A stretch of 64,000 nucleotides of DNA from Caecitellus pseudoparvulus. Lineage: Eukaryota > Protista > Bigyra: Bicosoecida. The notes beneath the pieces were generated by a model. The model was given only the letters and a program-made list of their open reading frames with translations. It ran no database searches and was not told the DNA's origin. The position numbers were made by a program, and so were the translations under genes. This document shows positions 21,906-32,900 of the stretch, in pieces. The stretch spans positions 617,083 through 681,082 of the forward strand of contig CBFFRQ010000030.1 in NCBI GenBank assembly GCA_965644315.1, read 5' to 3'. Position 1 is the first letter of the stretch. Every line of letters starts with the position of its first letter.

Positions 21906-23540
21906 TCAGTACCCGCCACCGCCGTAGCCACCGCCCCCGCTGCCGCCGCCGCCGTAGCCGCCACCGCCACCGTAGCCGCCACCACCGCCGCCGCCACTGT
22001 ACCCGCCGCCACCGCCACCACTGGCACCTCCACCGTACCCACCACGGTCACCACCGTACCCACCACTTCCGCCGCCACCGTAGCCACCACCGCCGCCGCC
22101 GTACCCGCCGCCACCGCCGCTGTAGCCACCGCCGCCACCGCCACTGTAGCCGCCACCGCCGCCACCATACCCACCACGGTCGCCACCGTAGCCACCGCCA
22201 CCACCATATCCACCACGGCTGCCGCCACCATACCCACCACGGTCACCACCGTAGCCACCGCCGCCACCGTAGCCACCTCGGTCACCCCCGTAGCCACCGC
22301 CACCGCCATACCGGCCGCCGCCACCGCCATAGCCACCGCCACCGCCACCGCCGTAGCCACCACCTCCACCGTAGCCACCACGACCTCCGCCGTAGCCACC
22401 ACCTCGCCCACCACCGTAGCCGCCGCGATCACCGTAGCCACCGCCCCGCTGAGGAGCTCGGCGTGTGGTGTCCTGCTCAGCCTGCACGGAGTAGCCAAAG
22501 AGCTGCTCACCGCCGTTCAGAGCAGAGAGGCAGCTGGAGAGGCCGTGCTCCTCGTCGAACTCTGCGATGATGACCTGGTCAGAGTCCTTGTAGTCGGCGT
22601 ACCGGACCATGCCAAACTTGCGAAGCTCATCCTGCGCAGGGAGCCGTCGGGGGTTCAAAGCCAGGGTGACACGGGTGCAGGCACAGCACGCACCTTCAGA
22701 TCACGCCAGTCCTTGTACTCGGAGACGCCAGTGATGCGAACAAAGTGCCCGCCAGTGCCGCTGCGCCTGCGTGTGATCAGGAGAGAATGGATGCTGCGCT
22801 GAGCGGCGTGGTGAAGTGCTGGTGCGCGCGCAACTCACCCGCCAAAGCGCCCTCCCCGGTCCTCACGGGGCCCACGGCGACCATGGGACACCTCAGCACG
22901 CAGAGTGTGGCCGGCAAAGTTGTACCTGCAGAAGGATTGGCCTCGGGAGTTCCAACAGCGCCTGAATGGCCGCCCAGCGGCAAGGGCGGTGTCAGTCTTC
23001 ATGTTCCGCAGGTCTCACCCGTTGAGAGTTTGCTCAGCCTTTGCGCGGTCCGCATCGCTGGCGTACTCGACGAATGCAAAGCCAGCCTTGCCCATGGGTC
23101 TGCAGGGATTCAGGAATGCATCCAGTGTGCCCGGCGCCCTCACTGCAACTGGCCTCCCTGCCAACTCACGTGCGCACAGACACCTTCACTGTGGGTCCGA
23201 AGCTGTTGGCCAGTGCCTCGAAGTCCTCGTCCACACACGGGTTGGGGAGGCCGCCCACGAAGAGCGGCAGGCCGTCCGACTGGCCTGCGCCGCCTGGCGC
23301 GCCAGTGTCGTATGCAGCAGGTGCCGGGGCGCCTGCGCCGTAGCCGCCGTCCCCGCCGTAGCCGCCATCGTGAGAGGGGTGAGCTGCAGCAGGCTCGGGT
23401 GCAGAAGCCTGCACGGCGTCGGGGGCCTGGTTGTCGCCCTGCACGGTGTCCGCAGGGGCTGGCGCGTCAGCAGGGGCATCTGCTGGCGCAGGGCCAGGCG
23501 CCGGCGCTGCGGCCTCGACGTGGTCGCCTTCTGCAGACAT
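21906..23540 (-). CDS. Two-RRM RNA-binding protein, SRSF1/Npl3-like, with a C-terminal Gly/Tyr/RGG low-complexity domain; introns 23100-23169, 22926-23018, 22767-22838 and 22632-22693
   Basis: The spliced product has RNP2 LFVGGL, RNP1 GKAGFAFVEY and NGYNFAGHTLRAEVSHG. RRM2 reads DWRDLKDELRKFGMVRYAD, compared with SRSF1 SWQDLKDHMREAGDVCYAD. About 180 aa of GGYGG/DRGGY follows. Confidence 0.85.
21909..22450 (-). repeat. Coding tandem low-complexity repeat (GGYGGGG / GGDRGGY units)
   Basis: Repeated ccaccgtagccaccgccg and ccaccacggtc units on the + strand encode GGY[GS]GG and GGDRGG on the - strand. Confidence 0.9.
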
Positions 23541-23857
23541 GTTGACGTGTTGGAGTCAGGTCTAAGAGTTGGCCACAGGAACGTGTGGCTTGTTTTGTAG
23601 GTGGGAATGTGGCGGCAGGAGAGGACTGTACGTGCATTGTTGTCGGGCGCTGTGTCGAATTCCGCAGACTGCGCGAGGTCGCCAACCTGCAGCAACGCCT
23701 GCAAGCTGTGAAACAAATCCTTTGTGGTGTGGCTGGCAGAGCCACAAACAAGGCTTGAACCTTGCACATGAGCCCAGCATTTCCCTCTACTTGCATGCGA
23801 AGCCTGGTGCCCGCGCCCAGCTGAGGAGAGCGTTGCGGCAACTCACATCTGGCGAGC

Positions 23858-26244
23858 ATGGCGAAGCCCCTGGGGGGGGGCGCGAAGTCAGGGGGGTCGC
23901 TGGGCATGGTCGTGCTGTTGAGCTCCGCGTTCATGGCCCTGATTGGAGTGTTGGGCATCACGTTCTCGCAGCAGGCCCGGGACATGCTACGTGGCAGCGG
24001 AATTCGACTCACGCCTAATGTGGCACAGGTCGTCGTGCATGTGACCCATGCCGGGCCAGACACCCCAGTGGATGGCATCATGGCTTCTCTGGAGGTGCTG
24101 TACCCGACCATCACCCCTGTCGTGCTGTCTGCGTCTCCAGAAGTGCGCGCCACGGTGCGTGCGAGCGGTGTGCGACGATGGCTTCCCGTGACCCTCACGC
24201 ACTGCTGCCCCGGCACGCCACCCTTTCGCAGGCAGCAAAGTGGCACATTCCCACCATGGCCTTCAACGCCCGGGGTGAGGGTGGCCGCCCGTCCATGCAG
24301 AGCATCCTGCAGGGCATCAAGAGCCTGCCTGGCCATTCCACGCCCTTCGTCGGGTTCGTGGAAGCGCACTCCCTGCTGCTGGCCGGCACGGCAGAGTCGC
24401 TGTCAGGGGTATTCCAGCAGATGGCCAGGGGCAGGTTGCCGCGCGAGGTGGCCCTCGTCGCCCGGGCACGCATGGCAGACCACTTCGCAGACGTGCAAGA
24501 CGCCGTGGCAGGCATCGCAGCGGCGCGGCACGACCTCACGGCAGCAGAGCACTTTGTGGCTTCCCTGGGCCAGCTGCCACTGGGCAGCAGCGTGGAGCAC
24601 ACGCTAGTCCTGGCGCCTCGGCGGGCAGTGGAGGCCGCCCTCGCGACAGGGGAGTCCCACGAGCACGTGGGCAGCAGCAGCCAGCTGGCGGCAGCACTCG
24701 TGCGGCAGGGGGTGTTCATGGTGGACGCCACAGACACCATCGATGCCGTGCACTGGCGGGCAGCAGGTGGCACGAAGGCGGCACCCAAGGCGGAGAGCGC
24801 CCTGTCCCTGGCCTTGCCTGGCCCAGACGGTGCGCAGGGCGTGGTGGTGGACATGGACCGGCTGACGCTGGCCACGGGGGTGGAGGAGGCGGAGGGCGGC
24901 GCCATACGCGTGCACCGGCGGCCAGCGCTGGTGGCGCCCGATTCCCCAGAAGGGGTGGGGGCAGAGGAGGAGGTGCTGCGGGTGCACGTCAACGCGCACC
25001 ACGACATTGACGTGGTGGATGGCAAGGCCAAGGTCACGCCCTCTCCGCCCCGGACACCGCCGGCGGATAAGGGGGAGGATCGGGAGCAACAGGACAAAGC
25101 AGGTGAGGGAGAGGGGCCAACCACTGCGCCTGGCGCCTGCAGTGGGCCGCACAGCATGGCAGAGGTGCCGGTGGTGGGCGAGCTGGTGGGGAAGCATGGC
25201 AAGTGCCTTGAAGGTGAGACGAGCGAGACGCTGTTGACGGTGTTCACCACGCTCATGATGCGGGAGAAAGAGGACTTGGAGGACGAACACACGAAACAGA
25301 AGCTGCAGATCCAGCGCAACGTATTGAACGCGCTGGCATCCCTGCGACCTCGCATCGCGACGGTCGTGTTCACCGACAACGACCACCTCGCCAGCATGGC
25401 TACCGCTGTGGGTGCCACTGTCGTCACTGAGGGGTACCGACGAGTGCACTTTGGCATCCCCCGCCTGCTGGACATGTACAGGTGGGTGGCGGAGCACTCC
25501 TCTGCCCCCATGTACGGCTACATGAACGGCGACATCCTGTTCGGGCCGGGGCTACTGGATGCAGTGGAGCTGTTGCTGGAAGCGGTGGCGGAGGGGCGCG
25601 TGGGGCACCGCGCGATCATCATGGGCCAGCGCTACAACGTGCGCATGCCCTTCCCCCTGCCGCCTGACCACGCGGACAACGTGCCTCCCGACATGCCTCT
25701 GGCTGAGCTGGGGGCGACAGTGGACCGCCTGAAGCAGCGGGGGCGTCTGTTCCAGACCGACGCCGAGGACTACTTCTTCATCACACGGGACGCGTGGAAC
25801 CTGGACCACATCCCTGACTTCGTGCCTGGCCGGCGCATGTACGACAACTGGCTCATCGACCACGCGTACAGGGACATGCTGGTGCGCCTGGATATCACGC
25901 ACTGCGTGTGGGCGGTGCACATGAGCGGCACTGACGGCGACAAGGCCGGCTTGAACGCGGAGCGCGTGGAGCCAAACTTCAACGGCGGGCTCACGGCGCC
26001 GTACATTGGTGGCTTGGACAAAGGCACCACCACCAATGCCAACTACCGTCTGCGGTGTGGCGGGGATGGCCTGTCCATGACCCACGTGCCGGGCAATGAG
26101 CGCAGTGGGGAGCGGGGGCCGCCCTGGTCAGGCCTGCGCTACGATGGGCACCACGACCCCTTGCACGGCAAGACCTTCAAGTGCAAGACGCCGCCAGCGA
26201 AAGGCGAGCTGGTCAAGCCTGAGCATGGCTGCACGTATGTGTGA
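23858..26244 (+). CDS. Type II membrane protein, putative GT-A-like glycosyltransferase with two related domains; exons 23858-24154 and 24232-26244
   Basis: N-terminal TM segment (MVVLLSSAFMALIGVLGITF). 77-nt intron 24155-24231. C-terminal domain GIPRLLDMY...PMYGYMNGDILF...IMGQRYNV...AEDYFF...IPDFVPGRRMYDNWL...LDIT..VWAVH. Confidence 0.6.
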
Positions 26245-26400
26245 AGCCGGTGGCGCTGGCGGGGAGGACTGGCGTCCCGCGTGACATCCCACGATCAGGC
26301 TCAAATAAACCCCTCCTGCTCTCTGCCTCAGCACCAGTCTGCCGCAGCTTGCGCCCCCCACCGCTGTGCTCACTCACCCACAGCCCACCCCCTCAGCACC

Positions 26401-26747
26401 ATGGCTTCAGCGGCAATGCACATGTTGGCCAAGCAGCCCCTGCTGCGCTTCGGCGTCGGCGCGGGCACTGCTGTCGTGACAGAGCGCACCCTGTCTGCCA
26501 TGGCCGGCACTGACCAGAGCATGTACACATGGATCGCCGGCACCACTGCAGGCGGCGCCGCGTGGGGTTTCGTGGGTGCGTGCCTTGCTCCGCACGAAAG
26601 CGCTGCCTCTTCGCGGCACTCTGCACACGCTTGCCGTCGCTGCGCGCAGGGACTGAACTGGCCCTGGGCGGCATTGCAGGTGTCATGATTGGCCTGTCAA
26701 CCCAGGCGGCGTATTTCGCCATCACAGACGCCATGAAGGAGAAGTGA
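26401..26747 (+). CDS. 90-aa Gly-rich small membrane protein (possibly Tim17/22/23-NDUFA11-like); exons 26401-26575 and 26650-26747
   Basis: Intron 26576-26649 (GTGCGT..CAG, 74 nt) gives ...WIAGTTAGGAAWGFV-GTELALGGIAGVMIGLSTQAAYFAITDAMKEK*. Three hydrophobic GxxxG-containing segments and a good cACCATGG start context. Confidence 0.7.
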
Positions 26748-26827
26748 TGCGGGCGTAACACCGCAGTGCGGAAGTCGGTGGGCACCGCCCTGCCGCCAGC
26801 CGCCCCAGCACAATGTATTTCCCAGCA

Positions 26828-28189
26828 TCACCGCTCACCCGCGCCCAGCTGTTCCAGGCTGCCCCAAATATCTTGCAGCAGCGCCTCGTGGCTGGCTGGG
26901 CAGACGAAACAAGGCGGCGGCATGTGCAGCTGTCCCTGCGCGTCGATGTACACACCACACGAGGGAGCTGGTGTGCCGGGCAACACGTCAGGCGCCCTCA
27001 CATGCTCATCTGCGGGGGGTGGCTGGGAGAAGGCCTCTTCGCCCAGCTGCTGTGCCAGGTGCCGGCCGTACAGCTCTCCCAGCACACCTGCACCCTGCCC
27101 GTCCGCCACCGCCCGCCGCACGGCAATGGCATCTCGCAGGGCAGCAGCGATGTCCACCAGGGCGGCACACGTGCCCAGCTGGCTGGTTTTGAGGAAGTCT
27201 GGCAGGCCCTCTGCTGCGCCCTGCAGCCGAGCCACCTCTGCCTCAGGCTGCCCCGCCTCCGCCGCCGCCGCAGCGCTGTCAGCCGCCTTGGACACCGCTG
27301 CCGTGGCCGCCTCAATCACGGACATGTCCACAAGCAGGTCGCGATGCGCGCGCCGCACAGCAGCTGCGAAGTACCCATCAGGCGCCACGTCAGGGGGCGG
27401 TCTTGGGTCGCTGGGCAAGGGTGCGCTGGGGAGCCCCTCGCCCCCCAGCACAGCGGCAGCGGTGCGCGCCCCAGCCAACAGCAGCCGCCCTTCCTCTGCC
27501 GCGGCCAGGGACGCCTCGTTAAAGATCTCGTGGGCGTGCTCTCCGTGGCACGTCGCCACTGCCATGCTCAGGTACATGCTGAGCCACAGCTGGATGGTGG
27601 CCTGGCTGCCCACAGCCAGCATGAGGTCGCCCAGGCCCCCCCCTCGCGCCTGCAGCTCCAGGCTGCGAGACCCCCGCCGCACCATGCTGTCCAGGATGCC
27701 CCGATGAGCGTTGTACAGGTAGTACGCTTGGCTGCAGGCGCTGGGCGCGTGGGCGTTGCACATGAGGCAGTATGCGTGTGAAGCGTACCAGCTGTCCTGT
27801 GCAGCAGCGTCGGTGGCAGCACCCCCCAGCACTGCTGGCTGGCGCGGGAGGGTGTCCACAGGACAGTGTGCCGCGACAACGCCGTCCTTGTCCTCCGCCT
27901 CCGCTGCCTGCGCCCCGAAGGTGGATTCGTACCTGGGCACCTCGGACAGCAGAGCGCCTGCCACGCGCAACTGCACTCGTCGCAGCACGTCACTGCTCAG
28001 CACGCTTTCACAGTCGCCTTCATCTGATCCCCCATCAGTCACGCACCTGTATCGGGAGAGCAGCAGTCGCGTGCAGCGCGCGCTTGAGCAGCTGCGTGGC
28101 TGTGGGCAGCGATTTCCGCACACTCACGCGGTGTACAGCGGCCGGAGCAGCTCCTGTGCCACGGAGAGGGAACCCTTGAATCCCGCCAT
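26828..28189 (-). CDS. Hypothetical protein; exons 28189-28128 and 28046-26828
   Basis: Intron 28047-28127 (GTGAGT..CAG, 81 nt) joins MAGFKGSLSVAQELLRPLYTA to the 431-aa ORF in frame. Helical, protein-like composition. No family recognised, and the 3' end may be spliced further. Confidence 0.6.
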
Positions 28190-28328
28190 GGCGATGAAAA
28201 CACCCCTATACCTTCTAGCTGCACTGATATGCACACCTAATGCCCCTTCCTCATGATGCTTGACGCAAGGAAACGCTCGGCCTCTGCGAAGTACGCAGCT
28301 GCATGCATTGTCGCCAGGCACAGTCCCC

Positions 28329-29347
28329 TCAACGGCCCGTGCGCCCAGCCTTGCCGTGCTTCCCGGGCCCTGAGCCATCCACGCCCTCCCGTGCAGCCTG
28401 CAGCAGCTCCTCCCGACTGCTGTGCCCCATCTCCGCGGCCAACTCGTCCAGCGCTGCCTCCAGGTCCGGCACACCGGTCCCCCCCGCACCGCCTCCCCCC
28501 CCCGCCCTGCTCTCCACGTCAGCCATGAGGTTGGACAGCTGCGCCATGCTCTCCTGCAGGGACACGGGGGACTTCGGCACCTCCTCGTCCACTGCCGCCA
28601 CTGCCGCGTCATAGTCCATGCCCTGGGCGTTCAGCGCATCCAGCATGCCCAGCAGACGTGCCTTCTCCTCGCCGCTGGCAGACGCCACAAAGGCAGCCGC
28701 GGCAGCGTCCAAGTGCTCGTCCATGACGCCTTCCCGCACTTGCTTCAGGTGGGCACTCATCTGGGCGCGCCTGGCGTTCGTGAGGGGCTCGTCCCCCGCC
28801 ACATACCGCGTGCGCAGCAGGTTCATCTCGAACGTCACGTGCTGGTCATACGCCTTCCACTCGGGCGTCTCAGACATGGCCTCCACCGCCTCGCGCCGCA
28901 GGTCCTTGCTCGCAAGCAACGACTGGATGTCAGATTCAATGTCCTCCAGCCGCAAGCCCCCCCCTGCCGTGCCGTCGCTGAACGCCTCTGCAGGTGCCAG
29001 CGCTCCCTCGTCCCCTTCCACCTCTGGCATGGACATGCCGTCCCCATCCGCGGCACTCGCACTGCTAGGCTCAGCCTCGTGCGCGGAGCTCCCCCTGTTC
29101 CCACGATCTCCCAGTCCAGCTGGTCGTTTGAAGCCTGGGTTGTTGGGAGCAGTGCCTGCTGCATTTGTGGTGCGGCTGTTTCATGCGCGTTTCACACACC
29201 CTCAGCGTAGGTTTTGGAGATGCTCCGCCCCTCCAAGCCAAGCCGCATGCTGCTGCTGCGGAGCAGCGAGTGCAACCCCCTGGCACAGGGGAACAAGGGC
29301 CCCACATGCCCCTCGGCCCGTCCGATGCAGGCACGAGCCCGAAGCAT
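28329..29347 (-). CDS. Hypothetical acidic helical protein with a putative mitochondrial presequence; tentative exons 29347-29200 and 29158-28329
   Basis: The 235-aa ORF frame stays open upstream to an AG at 29159. A 41-nt GT-AG intron (29159-29199) would add the Arg/Ser-rich leader MLRARACIG...LHSLLRSSSMRLGLEGRSISK. The core ORF 28329-29036 is more secure than exon 1. Confidence 0.55.
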
Positions 29348-29714
29348 GGCCAGAGTTGAGCAGCTGGTCCTGAACAGACGATCGCCGGTGCGGCACACTT
29401 CACTGCAGCTCTACCTTCAGGGCCACTGCTTGTGAGCACCGGTCGAGTGTGGGGAGTAGTCTGCAAGCGTGGGTGTAGTATGTTAGGTTGTACTATTCTC
29501 ACTTGGGTGTACGGAAAAAGTGAGGATCGGCTGTCTACGATGTTGTACTTGTTGAGCGGCAAGGTTCTGACCAAACATGTGCGCCGGCCCGGCAAGTTGT
29601 GCAAGCGTAAAAGACAAGGATCTCCATTTGAAAAACATGTATCCCAAATGTTCTTACACACGAAACAAGCTTCACTGCCATTCTTTCGTCTACTTTCGCA
29701 TGCCTGTGAGAATG

Positions 29715-29721
29715 AAAAAAA
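29715..29721 (-). terminator. RNA polymerase III oligo-T terminator of the tRNA-Asp gene
   Basis: A T7 run on the minus strand begins 2 nt after the discriminator base. Confidence 0.9.
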
Positions 29722-29722
29722 G

Positions 29723-29794
29723 CTCTAACGCCGGGAATTGAACCCGGATCACCCGCGTGACAGACGGGTATACTGACCATTATACTACGTCAGA
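29723..29794 (-). tRNA. trnD: tRNA-Asp (anticodon GUC), intronless, 72 nt
   Basis: Minus strand reads TCTGACGTAGTATAATGGTCAGTATACCCGTCTGTCACGCGGGTGATCCGGGTTCAATTCCCGGCGTTAGAG. Acceptor stem TCTGACG/CGTTAGA, anticodon arm CCCGT-CTGTCAC-GCGGG, T arm CCGGG-TTCAATT-CCCGG, discriminator G, no encoded CCA. Confidence 0.97.
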
Positions 29795-29970
29795 AGGTTG
29801 ATGGAGAGGGTTTGTTTTGATAATATGAAGCAATATGTCACTCCTTGGGGTTCTCACGTGCTGCGCGGCCAGCTTCAACAGCCTGGTCAAAACCATCAAT
29901 CGCAGGACCAGATGGCCTGCCAACTTTTCACAGATTGTGAAGACCTTGCTTGGGTGTCTTGGAAGGGGTC

Positions 29971-32900
29971 ATGGCGGCTCAGGCAGCCAGCCCCCGGGTG
30001 GGCAGGGGCAAGGTGAGATGTGCACCACACCGTCCTCTTGCTCCCGGCTGCACCACTGGCGCTCAGGCGAAATCTTCACAGGATGATGGGAGTGGGATCT
30101 TTTCCATTGCCCCGATGCCCTTTGAGTACAGGGCAGACTTCCGGCTGCCCCCGGGCGCCCGCATCACCGCTGTATGTGGCCTAGTGCACTGCACATGCTG
30201 GGCACCCCGGCACTTTGCGCCGGTTTGCGCCCAACGCAGGTCACTGAGAGCAAGAGCGCAGCCTTTGTGGCCTTCTGCGAACCAGGCGCCATCACGCTTG
30301 TGTGGCAGGGTGAAGAGAGGGGAAGGCTCAGGCACGAGATGGCGGACGGTCGTGGGCGAGCCGAGGTCACTGGCATCGAGGTGCACCCCAGTGGGCAGCA
30401 TGCTCTGGTGTTCACAGCAGAGAGCAGCTCCTTGGCTGCGCCGCACATGGACAGCACTGGGGCATCCAGGCAGGTGTTCTTGCTGTCAGTGGCAGAGTCA
30501 AAGCTGCAGCCTCTCGTGAGTGCGCGGCTCAGCTGGCGTCAGCTCTGCAGCAAAAGTCGACGTCTCCCGCTGCCCCCTGCCTCTTTCACAGGATAAGATT
30601 GCAGGTGCTGTGTGCGGAGTATGGCTGCCCCCGAGCCCATCAGAGTTGCAGCACAGCAGCCAAGGCAAGGCCCGTCACCACGCCCTCGTCGGCACGTCTC
30701 TCGGCAGAGTGCACTGGGTGAGGGTGGGTGGGGGAGGCTTGAAGCCCTTCCAGTCTGGGGCCGACTGTGGGGAAGCATACGCCCTGGACGGACAGGGCAT
30801 GGGCATGACTGCCGGGCGCAGCATTCAGGTGGCAGCCATGGCTGCCTTCCGGCAAGTGCGGGACCCCGAGCAGCTGGTGGTGCTGCTGGCCACGGACGGC
30901 CCCGCGCGCCTGTACGAGTTCAGCGGAGGTACTGACGCGCACAGCCTTTTCCAGGCGGCTGCCGCTTCGGGCCACGTGCCCTTTCTTCAGCCTGGCACGA
31001 ACGAGTTCGTGAACACGCGCATGTCAGTGTGCGTGCCTCGTCGTGTGGATGATTCGCTGGGCGCCATCATGCCGCCCGAAGGTGAGGTGTTGCAGTTGGG
31101 CACTGACAAGCACCCACTACCCCAGTGCCTGGTCATGACCACCTCAGAGGGCCTGCTTGTCGTGCAGCTGGACCTGGCCGGCATTGAAGAGGGCGCCCGG
31201 CAGTGCCTGCGGCGGCACCACCTGCTGCCCCTCCCCACTGCAAGCAGCAAGGTTGGGGACTTCCTCGGCCCCGGCGCGACGGCAAGCCAAGCCGGCGCTG
31301 CAAGGGGGCCAGGCAGCGAGCGGGGCAGTGGGAGGGGTGCCCCCAGTGCGGCAGGTGCCGGCGCCAGCGCCCAAGCGCCTCTGCGCCTCGTGGATGTGGT
31401 CGTGTCTGACTACCACATCCTGTACCTGTTCACTACTCGCCTTGTGGCGGTGAACCGGGTGTCCTACGAAGTTGTGTGGTTGTGCAGTCTGGAGGGCAGT
31501 GGTGGCGGCGCGGCTGCCGCCCAGGCGCCCCTTCTGGAGGGGCGCTTGCTGCCCTGTGGAGGCGCCTTCATCAGCGACCCCGCGCAGGCCGACGGCAAGG
31601 GGCCACCCTCTCTGCTCCTCGCTACTGACCGGTCCATGGGGCACCTGCAGCTGAACAATGAGGGCTCTCAGCTGTGGCACATTTTCTTGCGTCAAGCACA
31701 GGAACAGAAGGATGACTTGCTGTTCACGCGGGCCAGGAAGCTGTGCCCTGTGCGTGCGACACCTGCTGCGCCGTCGCTGTGCCGCCTCACCCACGCACAT
31801 GTCGCCACACCACCCCCTTTGCGCAGAAAGAACACGCAGCGGAGGTGGAGTTGGCATTTGGCCACCTTCTCCTGGAGCAAGGCAAAGTGAAGCAGGCTGC
31901 CGAGGCGTTCGCAGCTTCGACCCTGCAGTTCGAAGCCGCCGTCGTGCTGCTCATGGAGGCAGGCGACAAGCTGGCGCTGCAGCGGTACCTGCAGCTGCGC
32001 CTGGACGCTCTGAGCCCCAGACACAAGCCGCAGCGAACGCTGCTGGCAACGTGGTTGCTGGAGGTGTTCCTGGATCGCCTCGCACTGTTGGACGGTGGGT
32101 GGCCTGCGCGTCCAGCTCGCGCAGCGGGCTAAGACACGCCACCCTCCCGCCCCCCCGCCCCTTCGCAGCCAAGGCCGCCCTGGACCCCACGTGTGAGGAC
32201 GCAGAGGAAGCAGGGGATGTCCTGGCCGCCTTGAAGGACTTTGTGGAAGACCACAACGAGGCGGGGGACCTGCACCCAGAGACCACCTACCGCGTCTTCA
32301 CCGCGAGAGGGCGCATGGACATGTACATTTTCTTCGCAGAGGAGCGCGGGGACCACACCCGCATCGCAGAGTTCCAGGCCCAGCGCGGGCAGTGGGAGCA
32401 GCTCGTGCAGCTGCTGCTGCGCTTGCCGAAGAAAGACGCAGAGCCCCTCATCTACACCCACTCGCCTTCCCTTGTCCTGCACGCTCCAGTGTCCACCTTC
32501 AGCGCCTGGCGCCAGAGCCCATTCATTCAACCCCTGCAGCTCATTCCCGCGCTGACAGTGTACGCACGGTCCCGGGAGATCGCCCTCGCCGTCGTGCGTG
32601 CGCTGGAGCAAAGCGGCAAGGCACCAGCGGCAGGCATGGGCAAGGGTGCGGCGGCAGCGGCACCTCCTCCCCCGTCAGCCGCCTCTGAGTCTGTGGACGC
32701 TCAAGGAGACCTGCTTGGCGAAGTTCCGCCACCCTCGCCTGGCGCCTCGTCAGCCCAACAAGCTGTGGAAGATGCCACTGGCATTCTCGGCATCTCGCCC
32801 CAGGTGTGGCAAGGGCCCGACTTGGCCATCCAGTTTCTGCAGTTCCTGGTGCAGCCAGGCGGCGGCCGACCCCGCAACCGCGACACGGCCCTGCACAACT

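Noticed and set aside
21396-22802. Long Ala/Thr-rich (mucin- or antifreeze-like), His/Arg-rich and Val/Ala-rich ORFs
   Set aside because: These are other-frame translations of the GGYGG coding repeat. The Val/Ala frame running into ALG2 exon 1 is best explained by the stop-free repeat, and ALG2 has its own ATG at 21814.
29400-29960. More AT-rich region around the tRNA as a possible integration site or mobile-element scar
   Set aside because: No duplicated tRNA 3' end, terminal repeats, target-site duplication or integrase/transposase ORF; consistent with a divergent promoter region.
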